The notes: generated from the letters alone by a model not told the origin. 64,000 bases of DNA from Acetobacteraceae bacterium (GCA_965198755.1 OZ240673.1:3145044-3209043), one strand, 5' to 3'. Shown: positions 50,028 through 60,523, numbered from the stretch's first letter. Translations and numbers: made by a program.

Positions 50028-50721
50028 GGACGCAGCTCCTCCCGCCCAGGATCATCCCGTCCTGCTCCGCCCCGCGCTCGAGGCCGTGCGTGCCCGTATC
50101 GACGCCGCCGCACGCGCGGTTGGCCGGCAGCCAAGCGAGGTCACCCTGGTTGCCGTCTCCAAGACGCATCCTGCAGAGCTCGTCCAGCAAGCCCTGGACT
50201 GCGGCCAACTCGCGTTCGGCGAGAACCGCGTGCAGGAGGCGGCTGCCAAGTTCGCCGGCCTGCGTGACGCCAACCCCGGGCTGCGCCTGCACCTGATCGG
50301 CGGGTTGCAGACCAACAAGGCGGCCGACGCGGTGCGCGTCGCCGACGTGATCGAGAGCCTCGACCGGCCGCGCCTCGCCGACGCGATCGCCGCAGCCGCC
50401 GAACGCGCCGGGCGTTGCCCCGACCTGCTGGTGCAGGTGAACATCGGCGACGAGCCGCAAAAATCCGGCATTCCGCGTGACCAGGCCAGCGCCTTCATCG
50501 GCCACTGCCGCAGCCGCTTCGGCGCCGCCCTGCGCGGACTGATGTGCATCCCGCCCGCAGGCGAGGACCCGGCACCGCATTTCCGCAGGCTCGCCGCCTT
50601 GCAGGCCGACCACGGCCTGGAGGTGCTCTCCATGGGCATGTCGGGCGATTTCGAAACCGCCATCGCCTGCGGCGCCACGCTGGTGCGCGTGGGATCGGCC
50701 ATCTTCGGCATGCGCGGTTAA
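50026..50721 (+). CDS. yggS: PLP homeostasis protein
   Basis: VAVSKT, FGENRVQE, HLIGGLQTNK, GLMCIPP, SMGMSGDF, VRVGSAIFG. Confidence 0.95.
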   Translation: MDAAPPAQDHPVLLRPALEAVRARIDAAARAVGRQPSEVTLVAVSKTHPAELVQQALDCGQLAFGENRVQEAAAKFAGLRDANPGLRLHLIGGLQTNKAADAVRVADVIESLDRPRLADAIAAAAERAGRCPDLLVQVNIGDEPQKSGIPRDQASAFIGHCRSRFGAALRGLMCIPPAGEDPAPHFRRLAALQADHGLEVLSMGMSGDFETAIACGATLVRVGSAIFGMRG

Positions 50722-50856
50722 CCATATCCATGTTGCACCGCCAGGCGCATCCATCGTAGAGCGGCGCCCGTGCAGACCGCCCATATCACAAGCCGCCTGC
50801 ACGTGCGGCCAAACCGGGCGCGCGCATGCCTGGGCAGCCCTGACCAGAGTTGATCC

Positions 50857-52764
50857 ATGTCCGCCACCGCCCAGCTGTCCCACGCCGACACAGCAAAACT
50901 CCAGCGCGGCCTGCCGAAGATGGGCGCGCTGCTCGGCGTGCTGGGCGTGGTCTACGGCGACATCGGCACCAGCCCGCTCTACGCGCTCAAGGCGACGGTG
51001 GCCCTGTTCAACCCGCTCAAGATCAGTGACGGCGAGATCCTCGGCTGCCTTTCGCTGATCTTCTGGTCGCTGATCCTCATCGTCACGGTGAAATACGTGA
51101 TGCTGGTGATGCGGGCCGACAACCGCGGCGAAGGCGGCATTCTCGCACTGATGGCGCTGGCCCAGCGCGTGGTGACCACGCCCAGGCTGCACCGCATCGT
51201 GGCGCTGATCGGCATCGGCGGCGCCTGCCTGATCTTCGGCGACGGCGTGATCACGCCTGCCGTCTCCGTGCTCGGCGCCATCGAGGGGCTCGAGGTCACC
51301 ATCCCGCAGGCGAGCTCGCTCGTCCTGCCGCTCTCCATCGCCATCATCCTCGCCCTGTTCGCGGTGCAGTCGCGCGGCACCGGCGCGGTCGGGCGCATCT
51401 TCGGGCCGGTGATGGTGGTCTGGTTCGCCACCATCGGCGTGCTGGGTGCGCTCGAGATCGCGCGCGAGCCCTTCGTGTTGCAGGCCATGCTGCCGCAGCA
51501 GGGCATCATCTTCATCATCCACCACGGCTTGTTCGCCTTCGTGGCGCTGGGCGCCGTGGTGCTGGCGGTGACCGGTGCGGAGGCGCTGTACGCCGACATG
51601 GGCCATTTCGGCGCCAGCCCCATCCGCTACGCCTGGCTGTTCTTCGTGCTGCCGTGCCTGCTGCTCAACTATTTCGGCCAGGGCGCGCTGATCATCTCCA
51701 ACCGCGCGGCCGCCGAGAACCCGTTCTTCCTGCTCGGCCCGCTGTGGCTGCGCCTGCCGCTGCTGATCCTGGCCGCTATGGCATCGGTCATCGCCAGCCA
51801 GGCGCTGATCTCCGGCGGCTACTCCATCGCGCGGCAATGCATGCAGATGGGATTCCTGCCTCGGATGGCGGTGCGCCACACCAGCACCACCGAGGAAGGC
51901 CAGATCTACCTGCCGCAGGTGAACAACGCATTGCTCGTCGGCGTGCTGATCCTGGTGCTGGCGTTCCGCAGCAGTGACGCGCTGGCCTCGGCCTACGGCA
52001 TCGCGGTGACCGGCACGTTCCTGTGCACCTGCGTGCTGGCCACCATCGTCTTCCGCCGGCAATTCGGCTGGCCGCGCTGGGCCGCGCTGGGCGTGTGGGG
52101 CGGCTTCTTCCTGATCGACTTCGTGTTCTTCTCCGCCAACTCGCTGAAGGTGATCGAAGGCGGCTGGGTGCCGCTGGTGCTCGGCATCGCCCTGATGGCG
52201 ATGATGACTACCTGGAAGGCCGGCCGCGACCTGATGTTGAGCCGCTGGAAGCAGGACAGCCTGCCATTGGCGAGCTTCCTCGCCCGCCTGCCGCAGTCGC
52301 GCACCATCCGCGTGCCTGGCCTGGCCGTGTTCCTGACCGGCAACCCGGACTACGTGCCCGCCGCCCTGCTGCACAACCTCAAGCACAACAAGGTACTGCA
52401 CGAGCGCGTGCTGTTCGTCACCGTCTCCACGCTGGACGAACCCGAAGCCGGCGCCGCGCGGCGCACCGAGGTGACCGAACTCGCACCCGGTATCCACCGC
52501 GTGCAGCTGCGCTACGGCTTCATGGAAAGCCCCAACGTGCCGCGCGCGCTGGAGGACCTGAAGTCCCGCGGGGTGGACTACGACGCGATGCAGGTGAGCT
52601 ACTTCCTCGGCCGCGAAGTGTTGGTGCGCGCGATGGCGCCGAAGATGTCGACTTGGCGGACCTGGCTGTTCCTGCTGATGGCACGCAATGCGGTGCCGGC
52701 TACGGAGTTCTTCAGGATACCGAGCGATCGGGTGGTGGAGCTCGGGGTGAGAGTCGCGATTTAG
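50857..52764 (+). CDS. kup: KUP/HAK/KT potassium transporter
   Basis: [44 protein letters not shown]. Confidence 0.97.
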   Translation: MSATAQLSHADTAKLQRGLPKMGALLGVLGVVYGDIGTSPLYALKATVALFNPLKISDGEILGCLSLIFWSLILIVTVKYVMLVMRADNRGEGGILALMALAQRVVTTPRLHRIVALIGIGGACLIFGDGVITPAVSVLGAIEGLEVTIPQASSLVLPLSIAIILALFAVQSRGTGAVGRIFGPVMVVWFATIGVLGALEIAREPFVLQAMLPQQGIIFIIHHGLFAFVALGAVVLAVTGAEALYADMGHFGASPIRYAWLFFVLPCLLLNYFGQGALIISNRAAAENPFFLLGPLWLRLPLLILAAMASVIASQALISGGYSIARQCMQMGFLPRMAVRHTSTTEEGQIYLPQVNNALLVGVLILVLAFRSSDALASAYGIAVTGTFLCTCVLATIVFRRQFGWPRWAALGVWGGFFLIDFVFFSANSLKVIEGGWVPLVLGIALMAMMTTWKAGRDLMLSRWKQDSLPLASFLARLPQSRTIRVPGLAVFLTGNPDYVPAALLHNLKHNKVLHERVLFVTVSTLDEPEAGAARRTEVTELAPGIHRVQLRYGFMESPNVPRALEDLKSRGVDYDAMQVSYFLGREVLVRAMAPKMSTWRTWLFLLMARNAVPATEFFRIPSDRVVELGVRVAI

Positions 52765-52902
52765 GCAAGGAAGCAAGCGGTTCTTTTTTGAAAAAAAGAA
52801 CCAAAAAACTTTTGTTCCCTTGAGTACTCGCTGAAGGAAACTCCGCGACAGCCGGACCAAAAGTTTTTTGCTGCTTTTTTTCAAAAAAGCAGGCCTTGCT
52901 TT
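52765..52902 (-). repeat. Palindromic element E24
   Basis: Full copy; abuts the kup TAG. Confidence 0.95.
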
Positions 52903-52929
52903 CTGCCCCGAACGCGGCCCGCCCGCATC

Positions 52930-53499
52930 GTGCGGCGGCCTTCAACGAGCGAGGAGACCACCCCTATATCGCCCGAGAAAAATGATCGCGTTGGCCAACA
53001 AACTTGGCACTTGGCGCAAATCAACGTCGGTCGGCTCGTGGTACCTCGGGGCCATCCGGGCGTGGCACCCTTCTTCGACGCGCTGGACCGGATCAACGCG
53101 CTCGCCGACGCCTCGCAAGGTCTGATCTGGCGGCTGCAGGACGAAAGCGGCAACGCGACCGGCCTGCAGACGACCGCCGACCCGTTGTTCATCGTCAACA
53201 TGTCGGTCTGGGCGGATGCCGAGCAGCTCTTTGCGTTCGTCTACCGCAGCGCGCACGCACCGGAGATGGCCCGCCGCCGCGAGTATTTCGAACGTTTCGA
53301 GGGTGCGTACCAGGCATTGTGGTGGGTGCCTGCAAGCCACCGCCCGACGATCGACGAAGGCCTCGCGCGGCTTTGGCGCCTCGACCGTTACGGGCCTACA
53401 CCGCAGGCTTTCACCTTCAAGTCACGCTTCCCCCACCCGGATGCGGAAGGTGCGCCGGTCGACATGCAGCCTGATCCCTGGTGCGTCGGGCGGGCGTGA
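52930..53499 (+). CDS. DUF3291 family protein
   Basis: WHLAQINVG, NMSVW, ALWWVPASHRPT, GPTPQAFTF; start uncertain. Confidence 0.85.
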   Translation: MRRPSTSEETTPISPEKNDRVGQQTWHLAQINVGRLVVPRGHPGVAPFFDALDRINALADASQGLIWRLQDESGNATGLQTTADPLFIVNMSVWADAEQLFAFVYRSAHAPEMARRREYFERFEGAYQALWWVPASHRPTIDEGLARLWRLDRYGPTPQAFTFKSRFPHPDAEGAPVDMQPDPWCVGRA

Positions 53500-53518
53500 C
53501 CGGCACGCCGATTTAGCA

Positions 53519-53663
53519 GAAGCAAGGCCTTCTTCTTCGAAAGAAAGAAGCAATAGGCTTTTGTGCGCGCTGTCGCGGACAGCTGAAACGACACGCCTCC
53601 GCACAGCACAGGCGACGGAGACAAGACTTTGTGGTTCTTTTTTCAAGAAGAACCGCTTGCTTG
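53519..53663 (+). repeat. Palindromic element E25
   Basis: Full copy, GCTGAAACGACACG spacer. Confidence 0.9.
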
Positions 53664-53700
53664 TCTGAGGTCCGGCAAAACCTGCAAACACCCGCTCTCA

Positions 53701-54871
53701 TACCAACCGCCCAATAGGATGACTCGCGATTGTACCCACGCGGCTGATTTTGTGATTCTCTGGTCTGGTCATCCGATTCGGGGGTCAGAAATGAGCAAGC
53801 CGGTGCCGGTCACGCGTCTAGACAGATCAGCTTTTGACCTGCGCCGTGAGGCGTCGCGCTGCAATGATGGAGCGGTCGTGCGGCGCTTATTGGCGATTGC
53901 GCTCGTGCTGGAAGGGCGGCCGCGGACCGAGGCCGCCGAGGCCTGCGGCATGGACCGGCAGACGCTGCGCGATTGGGTGCACCACTACAACGAGGAAGGC
54001 CTCGACGGCCTGGCCAACCGTCGCAGTCCAGGCCGTCCGGCGCAGTTGACGCCTGAGCAGCTCGCGGCGTTCAAGGCGCTGGTGGAGCAAGGTCCCGATC
54101 TGGCGCGGGACGGCGTTGTCCGTTGGCGATGCAGCGATCTGCAGGCGCGCCTGCAGTCGGACTTCGCTGTGCACTATCATGAACGCAGCGTCGGCAAGTT
54201 GCTGGCCAGGCTGGCGTTCCGCAAGCTGAGCGTACGGCCGTTCCATCCCGAGCAGGACCCGGCCGCCCAGGCGACACACAAAAAAACTTTGCCGACCTGA
54301 TCGCGGCCGCCCTGCCGCCCCATGCCGCCGGCAAACCGCTCGAGATCTGGTGGCAGGATGAAGCCCGCGTCGGCCAGCAGGGCACGCTGACCCGCGTGTG
54401 GGCGCCGCGCGGCAGCAGACCGGCTGCACCGCGCGATCGCCGCTACACCTGGGCCTACCTATTTGGCGCGGTGTGCCCGGCGCGCGGCGTGGGTGCGGGG
54501 ATCGTCATGCCTTCGGTCAACCTGGAAGCCATGAGCCAGCATCTTGCTGAAGTCAGCCGCCATGTTGCACCTGGCGCCCACTGCCTGATGCAGGTCGACG
54601 GCGCCGGCTGGCATCGGCCGTCCGAGCGCCTGATCGTGCCCTCAAACATCACGCTACTGACCTTGCCGCCCTACTCGCCGGAACTCAATCCGGTTGAGAA
54701 TGTCTGGCAATACCTCCGCAGTAATTGGCTCAGCCATCGCGTGTGGGACAGCTACGAAGAGATTGTCGACGCCTGCTGTGTCGCATGGAACGCATTGATG
54801 GCCATGCCAGAACGGCTAACCTCAATCGCCACCCGAGAATGGGCACAGGTCAGCGTTTAGGGCGGTTGGTA
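53701..54871 (+). mobile_element. IS630 family insertion sequence
   Basis: Terminal inverted repeats TACCAACCGCCC (53701) / GGGCGGTTGGTA (54860-54871), TA at both ends. Confidence 0.92.
53791..54860 (+). CDS. IS630 transposase as orfA (53791-54300) + orfB joined by a probable -1 frameshift
   Basis: HTH/winged helix in orfA; A7C at 54280-54287; -1 frame gives KNFADL...WWQDEAR...VDGAGWH...SPELNPVE (DDE). Confidence 0.9.
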
Positions 54872-54917
54872 TTACATCGCTTGTGTAATGCCAATAGGCC
54901 TGAAGGTTGACCGTTTC

Positions 54918-55054
54918 AAAGCAAGCAAGGCTTCTTTTTTGAAAAAAAGAAGCAAAAAACTTTTGACTCCGCTGTCGCGGACCTGTCCGGAGAGCGCGCG
55001 ACAGCGGAGTCAAAAGTTTTTTGGTCCTTTTTTTCAAAAAAGGACTGCTTGCTT
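54918..55054 (+). repeat. Palindromic element E26 with a perfect 26-bp internal inverted repeat
   Basis: 54954-54979 is the exact reverse complement of 54997-55022. Confidence 0.95.
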
Positions 55055-55084
55055 CTATCATAAAAGCATCGACGCCAACTGGTA

Positions 55085-55924
55085 CTAGGCTTGCTTTTCT
55101 GCAAGTCGCCGCGCTGCGCGCTCGACGTAAGTGCGGTCGACATCGACCCCGATCCCGGAACATCCCAGCTGCTCGGCCGCCAGCAGCGTCGTGCCGGTCC
55201 CCATGAACGGGTCCAGCACCAGCGCGTCCGCTTTGCCGTGCAGCATGATGCAGCGTTCCGGCAGCGACACCGGAAACCCCGCCGGGTGGTCGAACTTCTC
55301 CGTGCGCGACTGCACCGTTTTGTAGGGCAGGAACCAGACGTTGCCGGCGCACCGGCGGTCCCGCGCGTGCCCCCAGCGTGCGATGTTGGATTTGTGCTTG
55401 AACGGCACACCGACGGCGAGGCGGTCGATCGCCGTCCGGCCGGATTTGGTGAAGTGGAAGATGGCCTCGTGGTTGTTGTTGAGGAAGCGCGCGCTGTTGA
55501 TCGGCTTGAAGTGCCCGAACGTGTCCTCACCCACGCTGACCGACTTCACCCAGACGATCTGGTTCTGCAACGTGAGCGCGCGCCTGAACTGTGACGCAAC
55601 TTCCATGGCGATCCACGGGTCCACGTTCGTGCTGCCGACGTTGAGAAACAGCGCGCCGTCATCCCGCAGCACGCGCGCGATCTCGGCGGCGACGCAGCCC
55701 ATCCAGTCCAGGTAGGCGGCTTTCGGCATCCTATCGTCATGCGTGGAGTAGGCGACGCCGATGTTGTACGGCGGCGAGGTAACGCAGACGTCCACGCACC
55801 CGACGTCAAGCCGGCGCAAGTGTTCCAGGCAGTCGCCCAGGTGAAGCGTCTGCCGGCCCACCGACCAGCAAGTCGCGCCGAGTGTGGTGTCGCGCCGCGC
55901 TGCCCGGGCTGCTTCGATGCGCAT
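55085..55924 (-). CDS. Orphan amino-DNA methyltransferase (beta class, N4-C/N6-A)
   Basis: GDC, TSPPY (motif IV) before HPAGFP and DPFMGTGT (motif I). Confidence 0.9.
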   Translation of the reverse strand: MRIEAARAARRDTTLGATCWSVGRQTLHLGDCLEHLRRLDVGCVDVCVTSPPYNIGVAYSTHDDRMPKAAYLDWMGCVAAEIARVLRDDGALFLNVGSTNVDPWIAMEVASQFRRALTLQNQIVWVKSVSVGEDTFGHFKPINSARFLNNNHEAIFHFTKSGRTAIDRLAVGVPFKHKSNIARWGHARDRRCAGNVWFLPYKTVQSRTEKFDHPAGFPVSLPERCIMLHGKADALVLDPFMGTGTTLLAAEQLGCSGIGVDVDRTYVERAARRLAEKQA

Positions 55925-56004
55925 TGGTCCCGGCCATCCTCATGTGCGACCAGGCAAAGTCCACACCGCATGCCCGCGCCGCAAGCCCCCTCATGCAGAA
56001 CCAA

Positions 56005-56071
56005 ACCGCGACAGCCGTCCCAAAAGCTTTTTGCTTCTTTTTCTCGAAAAAGAAGGCCTTGCTTGCTTGCC
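56005..56071 (-). repeat. Palindromic element half copy E27
   Basis: CGCGACAG + GAAGC-type arm. Confidence 0.85.
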
Positions 56072-56073
56072 TC

Positions 56074-56847
56074 TTACTGCGCCACGAAAACAAACACCCG
56101 ATGCCCCACCTTCAGCATCGTCCCTGGAAACTGCCGCGCCAGCAACCGCCTCAGCGCCGCGTCGAACCGCTCCAGCTCCCCCTTGTCCATCGCCGGCGCC
56201 CCGCGCTGGCTGGCCCGCACGCGCCCGCGCCAGGCGCCCGGCGTGTAGGACAATTCGGCGGTGAACCCGAACACCTCCCAGCGCGTGAACCCGGCCAGCA
56301 CCAGCTCCTCCGTCCAGTCCGGAAAGACGAAGCTGCTGGGCCCGTCCTCGCCGGGGCCGTAGCGGTCCAGCAGGCGCAGCGTGGCGGCCCCGACGGACCC
56401 TGGTGCCGCGTGCCAGTCCAGGTGTGCCACCACCAGCCGCCCGCCTGGCCGCAGCAGCCGCCGCGCTTCCCGTGCGGCGGCCGGCCGGTTGAACAGGTGC
56501 CAGGCGGTGCCGGCCGCAACCACGTCGAAGCTGGTGTCGGGCAACTTCGTCGCCTCCGCCCGAACCCGCACGTAGGTGGGGCGCACCACCTCGCCGGCGT
56601 TGGCCCGCTCGGCCACCGCGAGCAGGCGAGCGGAGAAGTCCACGCCGGTCACCAGGCAGCCGCGCCGGGCGAACTCGCGCGCCAGCAGGCCGGTGCCGGT
56701 GCCCATGTCCAGCAAGCGCTGGCCGGGCAAGCCGATCTGCATGGCGTGCAGGCGGCGGAAGAACTCGGGCGGGAAGCCCTGGCGGTGGGCGGCGTAGTCT
56801 TCCGCGGCCAGGCCGTAATCGATCGGGGTGTCGTATGGCCTTGGCAT
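56074..56847 (-). CDS. Class I SAM-dependent methyltransferase
   Basis: LDMGTGTG, GVDFS, SFDVVAAGTAWH, LRPGG; ATG 56847. Confidence 0.9.
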   Translation of the reverse strand: MPRPYDTPIDYGLAAEDYAAHRQGFPPEFFRRLHAMQIGLPGQRLLDMGTGTGLLAREFARRGCLVTGVDFSARLLAVAERANAGEVVRPTYVRVRAEATKLPDTSFDVVAAGTAWHLFNRPAAAREARRLLRPGGRLVVAHLDWHAAPGSVGAATLRLLDRYGPGEDGPSSFVFPDWTEELVLAGFTRWEVFGFTAELSYTPGAWRGRVRASQRGAPAMDKGELERFDAALRRLLARQFPGTMLKVGHRVFVFVAQ

Positions 56848-56852
56848 GAGAA

Positions 56853-56978
56853 AGGAAGGAAGGCCTTCTTTTTCGAGGAAAGAAGCAGAAAGCTTTTGTT
56901 GCGGCTGTCGCGGACCGGTCTGCACAGGTGTACTCAGGAAACAAAAGTTACGCGGTTCTTCAAAAAGAACATCCTTCC
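56853..56978 (+). repeat. Palindromic element E28 (right arm eroded)
   Basis: GAAGC arm + CTGTCGCGG. Confidence 0.8.
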
Positions 56979-56995
56979 TCCTGCAAAGTCAGCCC

Positions 56996-57511
56996 ATGCC
57001 CGACCCAGCCCCAGGCGCCAGCCTTCTTTTCCTGCGCGAGGAGCAGGTGCGACAGGCACAGGATCTGCTGTTCCTGGCCTGGCGCGACCTATCCGCCAGC
57101 GTGGACCCCGTGCTGCAGGAGCTGGGGCTGGGCCGCGCCCACCACCGCGTGCTGCACATGGTCGGCCGCGCGCCGGGCCTGACCGTCACCGACCTGCTCG
57201 ACGTACTCGGCATCACCAAGCAGAGCCTCTCGCGCGTGCTCGTGCCGCTACAGGACCAGGGCCTCATCAGCCAGACGCCCGGCCGCGCCGACCGCCGCCA
57301 GCGCCTGCTTCGCCTGACACCGGCCGGCGAGGCGCTGGAACGCCGCTTGTTCGAGTGCCAGCGCGAACGCCTGCTCGCCGCCTACCGGGAAGCCGGCGGT
57401 CCGGCGGTGGACGGCTTCCGCCGCGTGCTGCGGGCGATGATCGGCCGGCCTGGCCAGGCGTGGCTCGACGAAACGGGTGATGCGGGGCGCGGGACGCGTG
57501 CTAGGGTTTAG
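56996..57511 (+). CDS. MarR family regulator (PetP-like)
   Basis: GRAHHRVLH, LGITKQSLSRVL, DRRQRLLRLT. Confidence 0.9.
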   Translation: MPDPAPGASLLFLREEQVRQAQDLLFLAWRDLSASVDPVLQELGLGRAHHRVLHMVGRAPGLTVTDLLDVLGITKQSLSRVLVPLQDQGLISQTPGRADRRQRLLRLTPAGEALERRLFECQRERLLAAYREAGGPAVDGFRRVLRAMIGRPGQAWLDETGDAGRGTRARV

Positions 57512-57647
57512 GAAGTAAGAAAGGCGTTCTTTTTTGAAAAAAAGAACCAAAAAACTTTTATCACCTGGCGCGCGCGTTGCGGGAGACTCCGCGACAGCGC
57601 GGGACAAACGTTTTTTGCTTCTTTTTTTCACAAAAGAAGAATCTGCC
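57512..57647 (-). repeat. Palindromic element E29
   Basis: Full copy; abuts the MarR TAG. Confidence 0.9.
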
Positions 57648-57658
57648 GGGCCTCTCCG

Positions 57659-58354
57659 ATGACCGAAGACTCCCACATCCTGGTCGTCGACGACGACTCC
57701 CGCCTGCGCACCCTCCTCAGCCGCTACCTCGCCGAAAACGGCTTCCGCGTCAGCACCGCCAGCACCGCCGGCGACGCGCGCGACAAGATGCGCTTCCTGG
57801 CCCCCGACGCCCTCGTGCTCGACGTGATGATGCCCGGCGAAACCGGCCTCGCGCTGACCGCCTCGCTGCGCGCCGAACGCGCCGGCGTACCCATCCTGCT
57901 GCTGACCGCCCGCGGGGCCCCGGAAGACCGCATCGCCGGCTTCGAAAGCGGCGCCGACGACTACCTCGGCAAACCCTTCGAGCCGCGCGAACTCGTCCTG
58001 CGCCTGCGCGCCATGCTGCGCCGCTCCGCCGCCGCCCCGGCCGAGCCCAGCACCGGCCCGCTTCGCCTAGGCCCGCTCAGCTTCGACCAGGCGCGCGCCG
58101 AACTCTCCGGCCCGGACGGCCCGATGCACCTCACCGGCGGCGAGAGCGCGCTGCTCGCCGCCCTGGCCGCCAAGCCCAACGAGGTGCTCTCCCGCGAAGA
58201 CATCGCCGCGGCGCTGGCCATGGACGAAACCGGCGAACGCGCCATCGACGTGCAGGTGACCCGCCTGCGCCGCAAGATCGAGGCCGACCCGCGTGAGCCG
58301 CGCTTCCTGCACACGGTGCGCGGGCGTGGCTACACACTCAAGCCAGGGATTTGA
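57659..58354 (+). CDS. OmpR family response regulator (PetR-like)
   Basis: VVDDD, LDVMMPG, LLTA, GADDYLGKPF, TVRGRGY. Confidence 0.95.
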   Translation: MTEDSHILVVDDDSRLRTLLSRYLAENGFRVSTASTAGDARDKMRFLAPDALVLDVMMPGETGLALTASLRAERAGVPILLLTARGAPEDRIAGFESGADDYLGKPFEPRELVLRLRAMLRRSAAAPAEPSTGPLRLGPLSFDQARAELSGPDGPMHLTGGESALLAALAAKPNEVLSREDIAAALAMDETGERAIDVQVTRLRRKIEADPREPRFLHTVRGRGYTLKPGI

Positions 58355-58383
58355 CGGGGTATGCCGAAAGTCCGAGGCAAGTT

Positions 58384-58433
58384 AAGGCAAGGCAAGCAGT
58401 TCTTTTTTGAAAAAAAGAACCAAAAAACTTTTG
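58384..58433 (-). repeat. Palindromic element half copy E30
   Basis: GAACC arm. Confidence 0.85.
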
Positions 58434-58656
58434 CTTTTTTAGGGCGCGCGCTGGTGCGGCTTGCGGTTTCGGCTTTCACCGACCGGCCGGCTCGACCGTC
58501 AGGAATGGGCCGCCCCACCCGCCCATCAGGTCAGTGGGCGTTCCTCAAGCCGTCATCCAAACGAACTTGGCGTCACCTGCCCGAAACCTGTTGGACCATA
58601 CCCGCAGCCCGAGACGCTAAGTCATTCAGGCCTGCGAGGATCTCGGCCGACGGAGA

Positions 58657-58795
58657 AAAGGCAAGGCCTGCTTCTTTAAAGATAAGCAGCAAAAAACTTT
58701 TGCTCCTGCTGTCGCGGACTCTCCCCCACCATGCTCTCCAAGAAACAAAAGTTTTTTGGTTCTCTTTTTCAAAAAAGAACCGCTTGCCTTGCTTT
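58657..58795 (+). repeat. Palindromic element E31
   Basis: GCAGC-variant arm + CTGTCGCGG + GAACC arm. Confidence 0.9.
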
Positions 58796-58879
58796 CCACC
58801 GCTCAATGTTTCGGGACCTCGGGCATGACGCTGCCCTTAGGCAAGCGTCGGCCGTCATTACGGGCTCGGCCACTCACGC

Positions 58880-60313
58880 ATGGCCGCGCCTGACATGCCC
58901 GACACCTCGCCCGCCTCACCAGCGCCCCAGCACAACGTCGCCAGCCAGACGCTGACCAAGCGCGCCCGCAGCCGCCTCTCCGCCACCTGGGAACGCCCAG
59001 CCCGCAAGATCCTCCCGCGCAGCCTGCTCGGCCGCTCGCTGCTGATCATCCTGATCCCGCTCCTCGCCGTGCAGGCGATCGCGCTGCTCATCTTCTACGG
59101 CAGCCACCTGAACCTCATCTCCCGCCGCCTGTCCGGCGCCGTCGCGGGCGAGATCGCCCAGACCATCCGCCTGCTGGCCTCCACCGACGATGCCGGCGAC
59201 CAGGCCTGGATCCTGCGCACCAGCCTGCGCGACTTCGACCTGCGCATGCACGTCCGCCCCGGCGCTCACCTGGTCCCCCACACCCACGTCAACATCCTCG
59301 GCCCGATGGACGACGACCTGGCCGTGGCCCTGAAGGAACGCGTGGTGCTCCCCTTCGCCATGGACTGGACGCACGACCCCAGCTCCGTGCTGATCGACGT
59401 GCAGCTCCCCCCCACCATCATGCACGGTGGCGTGCTGCACGTGGAGGCGCCGCGCAAGCGCCTCTACACCAGCATGATCTACGTCTACGTGCTGTGGCTC
59501 GGCGGCTCCTCCATCCTGCTGTTCAGCATCGCCGCGCTGTTCATGCGCAACCAGGTGCGCGCCATCCGCCGCCTGGCCGCCGCCGCCGAGAATTTCGGCC
59601 TCGGCCGCGACACCGGCGCCATCCGCCCGGAAGGAGCCACCGAAGTCCGCAAGGCCGCTACCGCCTTCAACCGCATGCAGGAACGCATCCGCCGCTTCCT
59701 CACCCAGCGCACCGAAATGCTGGCCGGCGTCAGCCACGACCTGCGCACCCCGCTCACCCGCCTGCGCCTGGCACTGGCCATGCTGCCGGCCGAAGGCGAG
59801 CTGGCCGCCGAAGCCGCCGAGATGACCGCCGACGTGGAGGAGATGGAGCGGATGATCAGCGGCTACCTCGCCTTTGCCCGCGGCGAGCAGGCCGAACAGG
59901 CCCAGCCGGTGAACCTGCCCCTGATGCTGGAGGACGTCGCCGCCAATGCCCGCCGCGCCGGCGCCGAAGTGGGCGTGGACGTGCCCGAACCGCTCATTGT
60001 GCAGCTGCGCCAGGACGCCATGCGCCGCGCGCTCACCAACCTGGTCGACAACGCCCGCCGCTACGCTGGGCGCATCAGCCTCTCTGCGCTGGCCGTCGGC
60101 CGGTCCGTGCTGGTGATGGTGGACGACAACGGGCCGGGCATTCCGCTGGATCGGCGGGAGAGCGTGTTCCGGCCGTTCGAGAGCGGGGCTGCCGGTGGGA
60201 CGGGGCTTGGGCTCACCATCGCGCGGGACATCGTGCGCGCGCATGGGGGGGATATTACGCTGGAGGACAGTCCGCTCGGGGGGCTTAGGGCGAGGGTGCG
60301 GTTGCCGGTTTAG
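58880..60313 (+). CDS. EnvZ-like sensor histidine kinase (2 TM, HAMP, HisKA, HATPase)
   Basis: GVSHDLRTPL, NLVDNA, DDNGPG, GTGLGL. Confidence 0.95.
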   Translation: MAAPDMPDTSPASPAPQHNVASQTLTKRARSRLSATWERPARKILPRSLLGRSLLIILIPLLAVQAIALLIFYGSHLNLISRRLSGAVAGEIAQTIRLLASTDDAGDQAWILRTSLRDFDLRMHVRPGAHLVPHTHVNILGPMDDDLAVALKERVVLPFAMDWTHDPSSVLIDVQLPPTIMHGGVLHVEAPRKRLYTSMIYVYVLWLGGSSILLFSIAALFMRNQVRAIRRLAAAAENFGLGRDTGAIRPEGATEVRKAATAFNRMQERIRRFLTQRTEMLAGVSHDLRTPLTRLRLALAMLPAEGELAAEAAEMTADVEEMERMISGYLAFARGEQAEQAQPVNLPLMLEDVAANARRAGAEVGVDVPEPLIVQLRQDAMRRALTNLVDNARRYAGRISLSALAVGRSVLVMVDDNGPGIPLDRRESVFRPFESGAAGGTGLGLTIARDIVRAHGGDITLEDSPLGGLRARVRLPV

Positions 60314-60469
60314 AAGGCAAGCAAGGCCTTCTTTTTCGAGAGAAAGAAGCAAAAAGCTTTTATTACGGCTGTCGCGGACAACTGAACGACGAGTCTCAAC
60401 CCGGCACACCCCACGGAGACAAAAGTTTTTTGGTTCTTTTTTTCAAAAAAGAACTGCTTGCTTGCTTCC
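60314..60469 (+). repeat. Palindromic element E32
   Basis: Full copy; abuts the kinase TAG. Confidence 0.95.
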
Positions 60470-60523
60470 CTCCGCGCGCCCGTGGCGCTTTAACACGTTG
60501 AGCAACTTACCATATCGGTCAGC

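Noticed and set aside
6569-52884. Long antisense or alternate-frame ORFs (e.g. 6569-8356, 11093-13351, 30689-32473, 48468-50267, 50017-52884)
   Set aside because: Shadow ORFs of GC-rich real genes, with no recognisable motifs.
53701-54871. IS630 as the mobiliser of the palindromic element
   Set aside because: Its TIR (TACCAACCGCCC) does not resemble the element ends, and TA duplication is not consistent across copies.
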